Assembly (NCBI GenBank): GCA_003223635.1
Contig: QHVS01000156.1
Location: forward strand, 1-33,222
Reading direction: 5' to 3'
DNA length: 33,222 bases
From: Acidobacteriota bacterium
GTDB taxonomy: Bacteria; Acidobacteriota; Thermoanaerobaculia; Gp7-AA8
Shown here: in pieces, positions 17,452-25,121 of the stretch
Layout of the letters: each line of letters opens with the position of its first letter
Numbering within the stretch: the first letter of the stretch is position 1
The notes under the pieces: model-generated
Databases searched by the model: none
The model's input: the letters and a program-made list of their open reading frames with translations, nothing else
What the model was told of the DNA's origin: nothing
Position numbers and translations under genes: made by a program

Positions 17452-18436
17452 CGAGCCATCGTTTCACGCGCCGCTGCGCGTCGTCGAGTGAAAAATCGAG
17501 CGGAAACAGCATACCCAGCTCGACAAACTCGGGCAGTTCGCGCAGACATTGCTGCACGCTCTCCAGCGTGGCAGGGATGAACTCGAGGTAATGCAGCCGC
17601 CCGCGTTCGATCGGCTGGCGGGAGAAGGTGCCGAGGATCTTCATCGAGCGCTGGAGGAGGGTTCCAAAGTAGCGGGAACGCAAGCCGTCATCCGCAGCGC
17701 GCAGAACGGCGTAGTAGCTGACCAGCTCCAGTTCCAGGGTCTCTCCCAGAATTCTGGCCACTCCGCGATCGCGCAGCAGGGAGGCCAGATCGTACGTATC
17801 AGGTCCCATTCTCAAGTCTTGATAATCGATGATATAAAGCGTTCCTCTTAGGATGTGTATATTCTGGCCATGATAATCACGGTGACATAGCACATATGGA
17901 TGTCGCGATATATTCTCGGCCAACCGGCGGAAGAGCGGTTCCAGCCGCCGGCTTGTTTCCGGCCGCACTCCCATCAGCTTTTCTACATAGAACTCCCGCG
18001 TCATCTCCAGTTCGGCCGTGAAGAAGTCGGCGGAGAACGGAGGATTGACCGAGCCGGCCGTTGCCCGCTGAAACGCCACCAGAGTTTCAATGGCTTTGCG
18101 ATAGAGGCGAATGCCTTCCTGGCGATCTTCGTGGAGCAAGTCGAACAATGTCCGGCCCCCGACGTCGCGCTGCAGTACGACCGCGTCGGAATGCTGCAAC
18201 ACCTCCGGGACCTGGCCGTGGGAGACCACCGCCCCATAGGCATCCAGGAATTGCCGCAGTTGGGCCCGGACCTCATTGGGGTAGTAGGCCAGCATGTGGG
18301 TCGAGCCGTCGGGAAGGCGAATCCGGAAGTACCGCCGCACCGAAGCATCGCCGGGCAGCGCCTCGACGCTCCACCCCTCCCCAAGCCATTCGCGAAGGAA
18401 CCTCGCCGCTTCGTCGGGGAGTCCTGGTTCGGCCAT
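17417..18436 (-). CDS. APH-family phosphotransferase, AmgK-like anomeric MurNAc/GlcNAc kinase
   Basis: GDASVRRYFR, HRDYHGQNI, IIDYQD..GP..YDLASLLRD, LQR.MKILG.F. Overlaps the icd start by 35 nt. Confidence 0.8.
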   Translation of the reverse strand: MAEPGLPDEAARFLREWLGEGWSVEALPGDASVRRYFRIRLPDGSTHMLAYYPNEVRAQLRQFLDAYGAVVSHGQVPEVLQHSDAVVLQRDVGGRTLFDLLHEDRQEGIRLYRKAIETLVAFQRATAGSVNPPFSADFFTAELEMTREFYVEKLMGVRPETSRRLEPLFRRLAENISRHPYVLCHRDYHGQNIHILRGTLYIIDYQDLRMGPDTYDLASLLRDRGVARILGETLELELVSYYAVLRAADDGLRSRYFGTLLQRSMKILGTFSRQPIERGRLHYLEFIPATLESVQQCLRELPEFVELGMLFPLDFSLDDAQRRVKRWLDGSAQDHASAG

Positions 18437-18461
18437 GGTCTACGGGCTTGTGATCACGTCG

Positions 18462-18492
18462 GGATCCTTCGGCGCTGCGCGCCTCAGGATGA
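18462..18492. repeat. Half copy of the GATCCTTCG...CTCAGGATGA palindromic element
   Basis: ggatccttcggcgctgcgcgcctcaggatga matches the right arm of the 5269-5419 element. Confidence 0.7.
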
Positions 18493-18500
18493 GGCTCGCC

Positions 18501-19139
18501 TCACTTAGGTGCGGGTCCCTTCTCGTCCGCGCGCGCGTCGCGGATGACGATCCGCTCGATGGTGGTCGGCGAGTTCGGACGGTCGTTCGCACCACGCGGC
18601 GCGTTGACGATCTTGTCCGCGACGTCCATTCCCTTCGTCGCCTGTCCGAACACCGTGTATTGGCGGTCGAGGAAATTGGAGTCCTTCACCACGATGAAGA
18701 ATTGAGAGGAGGCGCTGTTCGGATCCTGCGCTCGAGCCATGGACACGACTCCCCGCTTGTGCGGGATGGCGTTGAATTCCGCTTTGAGGTGGGTGCCGGA
18801 CCCGCCCGTCCCCCAGGTATTGACGTCAGGGCTCTTCGTATTCGGATCCCCGCCCTGAATCATGAATCCGGGAATGACCCGATGAAACTTCGTGCCGTTG
18901 TAGAACCCCTTCTGGGCCAGGTCGATGAAGTTCTTGACGTGATTCGGAGCCGCCTCAGGGAAAAACCGAATGTCGATCTCGCCGGCGGTGGTGTGGATTT
19001 CGGCTACTTTGTTCTGGTAGTCGCTCATCGTTCCCTTCTTTTTCGCCGTCTTTGTCTTTGCCGTCGACTTCGTGGCGGCGATGATTTGCGAGCCGGCGAG
19101 AAGCATCAGCGCCAGCGAGAGATAGACCAGTCGTTTCAC
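18501..19139 (-). CDS. Exported cyclophilin-type peptidyl-prolyl isomerase
   Basis: Signal peptide, FYNGTKFHRVIPGFMIQGGDP, SMAR, SASSQFFI, YTVFG. SD AGGAGGAG. Confidence 0.95.
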   Translation of the reverse strand: MKRLVYLSLALMLLAGSQIIAATKSTAKTKTAKKKGTMSDYQNKVAEIHTTAGEIDIRFFPEAAPNHVKNFIDLAQKGFYNGTKFHRVIPGFMIQGGDPNTKSPDVNTWGTGGSGTHLKAEFNAIPHKRGVVSMARAQDPNSASSQFFIVVKDSNFLDRQYTVFGQATKGMDVADKIVNAPRGANDRPNSPTTIERIVIRDARADEKGPAPK

Positions 19140-19226
19140 GCACTCCTCCTTTTTGTGGAGCGCGTGCGCTCCACCGGGCGCGAATCGTACTACTAGTCAT
19201 GGGACAAGGACGATGAGGACAACTGT

Positions 19227-19260
19227 GGAACGCCGCCGGAGGGACAGACGGCGGCGCTCC
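19227..19260 (-). terminator. GC-rich stem-loop downstream of the KGG gene
   Basis: ggaacgccgccg / cggcggcgctcc 12-bp stem. There is no clear U-tract. Confidence 0.4.
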
Positions 19261-19277
19261 CGATCTCCAGGATGCGA

Positions 19278-19691
19278 TCAGACTTGACTGCGTCCGGTGA
19301 AGGGCTCGTTGCGATTGGAGCCGCTCTCGTTCGATGCGCGTTCGCGCGAATTTCCGCTGCTCGTGTTGGCCGAGCCTCGATCGGAGGCGTGTCCGATGTA
19401 CGACTGCTGCTCCGTATCGGTGTGACTGGCCGCTCCGGCCTCCATCGAACCATCTCCGGAGGTCTGGCGCGCTCGTCCGCGGCTGTGACCTCCCTCGCGC
19501 CCGATCGCCGACATATGCGCGCGATCGCGACTTACGGCTTCTCCACCTTTGCGTCCGGCCACGCGCGCTTCATCGGACGAAAACTCATGAGCAGTTCCCT
19601 TGGCATGAGCTGCCCTTCCGCCCTTGCTCGCAATCTCACGCTGTTTGGCCGGGTCCATGGACGCAAAACCGCGCTTACTCGTGTTTGCCAT
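19278..19691 (-). CDS. KGG-repeat general stress protein (YciG/Con-10-like)
   Basis: RGFASMDPAKQREIASKGG, AHEFSSDEARVAGRKGG, HMSAIGREGG. SD AAGGAG. Confidence 0.9.
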   Translation of the reverse strand: MANTSKRGFASMDPAKQREIASKGGRAAHAKGTAHEFSSDEARVAGRKGGEAVSRDRAHMSAIGREGGHSRGRARQTSGDGSMEAGAASHTDTEQQSYIGHASDRGSANTSSGNSRERASNESGSNRNEPFTGRSQV

Positions 19692-19918
19692 GAAGGTGTC
19701 TCCTTTGGTGTCCAGTTTGGTATTGCGCGACTGTTTTTGCACCACCTTGAACCAGGCTTAGGCGGTTCACGAAATGTGCCAGTAACCCGCGGAAATCCGT
19801 GTGTTTTCGAACCTTTGCGTTGAGCACCGCGCGCTCAGAAACGCCGCGTCACATCGACGCGGATCGAGCAGACGAAGAACAACAGGATATCGGTGAGTAG
19901 GGAGAAAGAGGGCGGATT

Positions 19919-20012
19919 TGGCGGAGAGAGAGGGATTCGAACCCTCGGTAGAGCTTTTGGACCCTACGGCGGTTTAGCAAACCGCTGGTTTAAGCCACTC
20001 ACCCATCTCTCC
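19919..20012 (-). tRNA. tRNA-Ser(GCT)
   Basis: GGAGAGA acceptor stem, anticodon arm GCGGT-TTGCTAA-ACCGC, long variable arm, GGTTCGAATCC, encoded CCA. Confidence 0.96.
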
Positions 20013-20087
20013 GTGGCTCGAGATTGAAGAAAAACTTGGAACGTTAAGAAAGAGCGCGCGCGATTCCCGCCGCATTCTACTTTCATT

Positions 20088-20177
20088 TGGCGGAGGAGGT
20101 GGGATTCGAACCCACGGTACGGTTTGCCGTACGGCGGTTTTCAAGACCGCTGCCTTAAACCACTCGACCACTCCTCC
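20088..20177 (-). tRNA. tRNA-Ser(TGA)
   Basis: GGAGGAG acceptor stem, anticodon arm GCGGT-CTTGAAA-ACCGC, long variable arm, GGTTCGAATCC, encoded CCA. Confidence 0.96.
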
Positions 20178-20219
20178 GGACGGAACGTTTGTTGAACGGC
20201 GTCGCGCGACGGCGAATTT

Positions 20220-21197
20220 CTACGGAATGAGCGTGACGTCGAGCGTGATCTTCAGCTTCAGCTTCCGATGCTCGCGCAGCTCCTCGGCCGTCAGCGCAAG
20301 CGGCACGGTCACCTCTTTGACCAGACTGTCGGCGGCGCGGCGCTCTGGTTTGGGTGGTGCGGCAACGCCGCCGAGCTCCGGCAGCGAATCGAGGATGCCA
20401 TCGGGCAGCGGAATCTCGATCGACGCCGCTGCCATCTCCGGCGGTGGCGAGAAATCGACATCATCAAACGGGCTCTTCTCCGCGACGACCTCCTCGGCTC
20501 GCGGAAGTGCCGATTCTTCGTCCCACACGGTCGGCAACGGCCGCTCTTCCGCCGGCGCGTCGGCGTTGAGGACCCGAATCTCCCGTTCCAGCGGCTCCGA
20601 TCCTTCCAATCCGTACTTCTTGACCAGATTACCGAGGACGAGTTGCGTCATGCCCTTCAACGTCTCCTCGACGCCGAACCCACTCGTGGCCACGGATTCG
20701 AAATGTGGAACGCCGAGCTTGTTGACATCGCGCTGAAGCTGCGCCACCGGCAGAGCGTTGGGCAGGTCGCGCTTGTTGTACTGGAACACCGTGGGGATCT
20801 CGCGCATGCGCACGCCCTGACGCTTGAGGTTGTCCTCCAGGTTCTGCAGTGATTCCAGATTGGCGTCGAGCGCGATGTCCTGACTGTCGGCCACAAACAC
20901 GAGGCCGTCGGCTCCTTTGAGCACGAGCTGGCGTGTGGAGTTGTAGTAGACCTGCCCCGGCACCGTGTAGAGCTGCAGCTTGGTGCGCATGCCGCGGATC
21001 TTGCCGAGGTCGAGGGGGAGGAAGTCGAAGAAGAGAGTGCGATCGGTCTTGGTGGACAGAGAAAGCATCTTGCTCTTGCTGTTCGACGGCAGAGAGTCGT
21101 AGATGAACTGCAGGTTCGTGGTCTTCCCGCAGAGCCCTGGTCCGTAGTAGACGATCTTGGCGGTGATCTCCTTGGTGGCGTAATTGAAGAGGACCAT
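20220..21197 (-). CDS. mglA: MglA-family small GTPase with a long C-terminal extension
   Basis: KIVYYGPGLCGKTTNL, TDRTLFFDFLPL, LYTVPGQV.Y, FVADSQ, QYNKRD. About 130 extra C-terminal residues. Confidence 0.9.
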   Translation of the reverse strand: MVLFNYATKEITAKIVYYGPGLCGKTTNLQFIYDSLPSNSKSKMLSLSTKTDRTLFFDFLPLDLGKIRGMRTKLQLYTVPGQVYYNSTRQLVLKGADGLVFVADSQDIALDANLESLQNLEDNLKRQGVRMREIPTVFQYNKRDLPNALPVAQLQRDVNKLGVPHFESVATSGFGVEETLKGMTQLVLGNLVKKYGLEGSEPLEREIRVLNADAPAEERPLPTVWDEESALPRAEEVVAEKSPFDDVDFSPPPEMAAASIEIPLPDGILDSLPELGGVAAPPKPERRAADSLVKEVTVPLALTAEELREHRKLKLKITLDVTLIP

Positions 21198-21209
21198 GGC
21201 TGTCGATTG

Positions 21210-21238
21210 AGCGTAGCGAAGCAGTTATCGTGAGTCAA
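21210..21238 (-). promoter_or_regulatory. Putative sigma70 promoter of mglA
   Basis: TTGACT - 17 nt - TACGCT, ending 12 nt before the ATG. No SD. Confidence 0.55.
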
Positions 21239-21249
21239 CGCGGCGCGGC

Positions 21250-21255
21250 TATAAT
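21250..21255 (+). promoter_or_regulatory. Putative -10 box for the riboswitch-btuB transcript
   Basis: Perfect TATAAT about 25 nt before the riboswitch. Confidence 0.5.
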
Positions 21256-21279
21256 CCGCCCAGCTCATTAGCAACCCAG

Positions 21280-21437
21280 TCTGAAACAGCGAACGGGAAG
21301 CCGGTTCAATGCCGGCGCGGCCCCCGCCACTGTGACCGGAGACGACTCACGCCATGCGCGCGTGGCGCCCCACTGCGAAAAGCGGGAAGGGAGCGTGAGA
21401 AGGATGACCCGGAAGCCAGGAGACCGGCTGTTTCGGA
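21280..21437 (+). ncRNA. Cobalamin riboswitch
   Basis: CGGGAA-GCCGGT..GCCGGC-GCGGCCCCCGCCACTGTGA, CCACTG..CGGGAAGG, B12 box AGCCAGGAGACC, P1 tctgaaacagc/gctgtttcgga. Lies upstream of a TonB-dependent receptor. Confidence 0.93.
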
Positions 21438-21472
21438 CACAGAAAGCTCACCAGCTTCGGAGGGAAGTCGTC

Positions 21473-23302
21473 GTGAAACCGCTCATCTCATCCATCCTCC
21501 TTCTATTCGTTTCCTCGCTCGCTTTTTCGCAGACCAAAGTCACCGAAGAGATCATCGTCACCGCTTCGCAGTTGCCGGAGACGGTCGAGTCGACTCCCGC
21601 GGCGGTCACCGTCGTAACCCGGGAGGACATCGATCGCCATGCGGCGCGCGATCTCGCCGATGTGCTCCGTGAAGTTCCAGGATTGGCCATCAGCCGCAGT
21701 GGTTCGCTGGGAAAAGCGACATCGCTCTTCACTCGCGGAGCGGCCTCCACGCAGACCCTGGTGATGTGGAACGGCATCCCCATCAACAATCCTTACTTCG
21801 CGGGCTACGATTGGGGACGCTTCTCCACCGCCGGCGTGGAGCAGGTGGAAGTCGTGCGAGGGCCCTTCTCCGCGCTCTATGGATCCGAAGCGATGGCTGG
21901 CGTGGTGAACGTGCTCACTACGCCGCGGGGGAGCGGCCTGCGCGGAGAGGTGCAGGGCGGAAGTCATGGTCTGCGCAACGCACTCCTCTCCGGCGCCTAC
22001 GTCGGCTCAACGACACAGGTTAGCGCCGCGTTCGAGCATCGGCAGGACGACGGCTTCGATCCAAATGACGACTTCCGCGAAACCAGCGGCAATCTCTTCG
22101 GGAAATGGTCGCCCTCGCCCACGTTCTCGCTCGGCCTGGCCGCGCGCTACACATCGTACGATCTGGGGATTCCCTTCGACGTCAACGCGACAGGCGATGC
22201 GCTGGTGCCGAGTCTGCAGCGTCGCCAGGATGGAAACGAATTGCAGGTCGCCGTTCCGCTGCAGAAGACCGTCGGGCCGCTCACGTTTGATCTGACTCTG
22301 TCCGACAGCCGGCGCCGCGATGATTTCCGCGATCCGCAGGATCCGTTCGGATTTGTCAACGCGCGGACGGATTCGACGCAGCGCCGGGTCCGTCTGTCCG
22401 GGCAGGCGCAGACCGCTGCTGGAACGATCATCGCCGGCGGCGAGATGCAGCGAGCGACGGTCGACGACATGAGCAACTTCGGCGTGAATCTCGACAACAG
22501 CCGCCGCGATGCGCGATCGCTCTTCATCGAGGATCGCTGGCGAAGCGCCACTGGCCCGGCGTCGCGGATCGAGCTGAGCGCCGGCGTCCGCTACGATCGA
22601 TTCGACACATTCGGCAGCCAGACCTCGCCCCGCGTCGGCGCAGCCTGGATCAGCGGGCCGAACAAATGGCGAATCGCGTATGGAGAAGGATTCCGAGCGC
22701 CATCCGTGGGCGAGCTCTACTTCCCGTTCTCCGGCAATCCCAATCTGCGGGCCGAGCACACCCGCAGCGCCGAGGCAGGCTACGACGCGGTCATCGGCAA
22801 TGGACTCTTCTCGATGACGTTGTTCAGCAGCCGCTTCCGCGATCTGATCGTCTTCGACAATCGCAGCTACGCGTTCGGCAACATTGGCCGCGCGCGAAGC
22901 GACGGGATCGAGCTGGGAATCGAAGACCATCTGACGCCGGCCCTCTACGCCGCGCTCAGCTACACCAATCTGCATCGTGACGAGGACGAATCGACCGGCG
23001 AGCGCCTGCCGCGACGGCCGAAGCACAGCGGCTCCGTTTTTGTCGGCTGGCGCTCCGGATCATTGGATGCAAACGTCGCTCTGATCCACAGCGGAGCGCG
23101 TTTCGATCTCATCCCGATCGCGCCATACTCTCGTGCCGTCAATAGCGCGTACACGACCATCGACACGAACCTTCAAATCCACCTCGGCCGCCTTACGCCA
23201 TTTGCAAAGGTGGAAAACCTGCGCAACGAGCGCTATCAGGAGGTTCTCGGATTCGTATCGCCCGGCCGGCGAACGATTGTGGGACTTCGATTCGATCTGT
23301 AG
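21473..23302 (+). CDS. btuB: TonB-dependent receptor, BtuB-like cobalamin transporter
   Basis: Signal peptide, TonB box EEIIVTA, plug motif VEVVRGPFSALYGSEAMAGVVNVLT, GFRAPS, barrel C-terminus. Substrate inferred from the riboswitch. The ORF-track start at 21332 lies inside the riboswitch. Confidence 0.88.
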   Translation: MKPLISSILLLFVSSLAFSQTKVTEEIIVTASQLPETVESTPAAVTVVTREDIDRHAARDLADVLREVPGLAISRSGSLGKATSLFTRGAASTQTLVMWNGIPINNPYFAGYDWGRFSTAGVEQVEVVRGPFSALYGSEAMAGVVNVLTTPRGSGLRGEVQGGSHGLRNALLSGAYVGSTTQVSAAFEHRQDDGFDPNDDFRETSGNLFGKWSPSPTFSLGLAARYTSYDLGIPFDVNATGDALVPSLQRRQDGNELQVAVPLQKTVGPLTFDLTLSDSRRRDDFRDPQDPFGFVNARTDSTQRRVRLSGQAQTAAGTIIAGGEMQRATVDDMSNFGVNLDNSRRDARSLFIEDRWRSATGPASRIELSAGVRYDRFDTFGSQTSPRVGAAWISGPNKWRIAYGEGFRAPSVGELYFPFSGNPNLRAEHTRSAEAGYDAVIGNGLFSMTLFSSRFRDLIVFDNRSYAFGNIGRARSDGIELGIEDHLTPALYAALSYTNLHRDEDESTGERLPRRPKHSGSVFVGWRSGSLDANVALIHSGARFDLIPIAPYSRAVNSAYTTIDTNLQIHLGRLTPFAKVENLRNERYQEVLGFVSPGRRTIVGLRFDL

Positions 23303-23318
23303 CGGTACGCCTCGTGCT
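23303..23318 (+). promoter_or_regulatory. Putative sigma54 (-24/-12) promoter
   Basis: CGGTACGCCTCGTGCT has GG-N10-GC and is close to the consensus TGGCACGNNNNTTGCW. Confidence 0.45.
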
Positions 23319-23335
23319 TGATGGGGCACGCGACG

Positions 23336-25111
23336 ATGAGCCACACCACATCTGATTTCCTCGTGCAGCGCCTCTTCGACTGGGGCGTCCGCCGCGTCTA
23401 CGGATATCCCGGCGACGGAATCAACGGAATCATGGGAGCGCTCGATCGAGCCGACGGCAAGATCGACTTCGTTCAGGTGCGTCACGAGGAAATGGCGGCG
23501 TTCATGGCCTGCGCCCACGCCAAGTTCACGGGCGAGGTCGGCGTATGCCTGGCCACCTCAGGACCGGGAGCGATTCATCTTCTCAACGGACTCTATGACG
23601 CCAAGCTCGATCACCAGCCGGTGGTGGCCATTGTCGGGCAATCATCGCGGATGGCCATGGGCGGCTCGTACCAGCAGGAAGTCGATCTGCAGACGCTCTT
23701 CAAGGATGTGGCCTCCGAATACGTCCACACGGCAATGGTGCCCGCCCAGATGCGGCACCTCATCGATCGGGCCATCCGCATCGCGCGCGCGGAGCGCACC
23801 GTCACCTGCATCATCGTTCCGCACGATCTGCAGGAGGAGAAGATGGCGGAGCCGCCTCACAAGCACTCCACCGTCCATTCCGGCATCGGCTTCTCCACGC
23901 CTCGCGTCGTGCCGCGGGACGAGGATCTTCGCCGCGCCGCCGACGTGCTCAATGCCGGCGGGCGGGTGGCGATGCTCATCGGAATCGGCGCCGCCGGTGC
24001 AGCTGCTGAAGTGATCGAGGTCGCCGATCTCCTCGGCAGCGGCGTGGCCAAGGCACTCCTGGGAAAAGCCGTGCTCCCCGACGCCCTCCCCTTTGTCACC
24101 GGTTCGATCGGCCTCCTGGGCACGAAGCCGAGCTTCGTCATGATGAGCCAGTGCGACACGCTGCTCATGGTCGGCTCGAGCTTCCCCTATTCGGAGTTCC
24201 TGCCGGACGAGGGTCAAGCGCGCGGCGTCCAGATCGACATCGACTCACGGATGCTTTCCCTTCGCTATCCGATGGAAGTGAATCTGACCGGCGACAGCAA
24301 GGAGACCCTGCGCGCGGTGATCCCGCTGCTGAAGCGCAAGCGGAATCGGCAGTGGCGCGAAAAGCTGGAAAAGGAAATCGTCGACTGGTGGAAGTTGCTC
24401 GAAGCGCGAGCCATGATCGACGCCAAGCCGGTCAATCCGCAGCGCGTGTTCTGGGAGCTCTCGCCGCGCCTCCCGGAGCGATGCATCGTGGCTGCCGACT
24501 CCGGATCGGCGGCCAGCTGGTACGCGCGCGACTTGAAGTTCCGCGAGGGAATGATGGGATCGCTCTCCGGAAATCTGGCCACCATGGGACCGGGCGTTCC
24601 CTATGTAATCGCCGCCAAGTTCGCGTTCCCCGACCGGGTGGCCATCGCCTGCGTCGGCGACGGCGCATTCCAGATGAACGGCATGAACGAGCTGATCACC
24701 ATCGCCAAGTACTGGCGCGAGTGGAGCGATCCGCGCCTGGTCATCTGCGTGCTGGCCAATCGCGATCTGAACATGGTGACCTGGGAGCAGCGGGTCCTGG
24801 CCGGCGATCCGAAGTTCGAGGCATCGCAGGACGTTCCCGATTTTCCATGTGCCCGGTACGCCGAGTCGATCGGACTGAAAGGAATTCGGGTCGACCGCCC
24901 CGAGCGCGTCGGCCCGGCATGGGATGAGGCGCTGGCCGCCGACCGACCGTGCGTGATCGAGTTCATCACCGATCCGGAAGTGCCGCCTCTGCCGCCACAC
25001 ATCAGCCCCGAGCAGGCTCGTAACTTCATTAAGTCACTGCTCCATGATCCTGACAGGGGCCACATGCTGAAGCAGTCCCTCAAAGAGATGCTGGAGGCGT
25101 TCAGGAAGTAA
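23336..25111 (+). CDS. Thiamine-diphosphate enzyme, pyruvate oxidase/dehydrogenase (PoxB-like)
   Basis: YGYPGDGING, VRHEEMAAFMA, TSGPGAIHLLNGLYDA, TPP motif GDGAFQMN...N. Start could instead be 23321. Confidence 0.92.
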   Translation: MSHTTSDFLVQRLFDWGVRRVYGYPGDGINGIMGALDRADGKIDFVQVRHEEMAAFMACAHAKFTGEVGVCLATSGPGAIHLLNGLYDAKLDHQPVVAIVGQSSRMAMGGSYQQEVDLQTLFKDVASEYVHTAMVPAQMRHLIDRAIRIARAERTVTCIIVPHDLQEEKMAEPPHKHSTVHSGIGFSTPRVVPRDEDLRRAADVLNAGGRVAMLIGIGAAGAAAEVIEVADLLGSGVAKALLGKAVLPDALPFVTGSIGLLGTKPSFVMMSQCDTLLMVGSSFPYSEFLPDEGQARGVQIDIDSRMLSLRYPMEVNLTGDSKETLRAVIPLLKRKRNRQWREKLEKEIVDWWKLLEARAMIDAKPVNPQRVFWELSPRLPERCIVAADSGSAASWYARDLKFREGMMGSLSGNLATMGPGVPYVIAAKFAFPDRVAIACVGDGAFQMNGMNELITIAKYWREWSDPRLVICVLANRDLNMVTWEQRVLAGDPKFEASQDVPDFPCARYAESIGLKGIRVDRPERVGPAWDEALAADRPCVIEFITDPEVPPLPPHISPEQARNFIKSLLHDPDRGHMLKQSLKEMLEAFRK

Positions 25112-25121
25112 GATCGGCCAA

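Noticed and set aside
17417-18436. Aminoglycoside resistance gene
   Set aside because: The GDAS.RRYFR and HRDYH motifs fit the housekeeping AmgK-like branch, and there is no mobile context.
19155-19174. Perfect hairpin gtggagcgc-gt-gcgctccac upstream of the cyclophilin SD as a regulatory RNA
   Set aside because: A single short stem that does not cover the SD, with no other supporting structure.
19919-20177. tRNA-Ser genes as an island or prophage integration site
   Set aside because: No integrase nearby and no duplicated tRNA 3' end seen in the window.
20088-20177. Selenocysteine or suppressor tRNA
   Set aside because: The anticodon TGA reads UCA (Ser). tRNA-Sec needs anticodon TCA and a longer acceptor stem.
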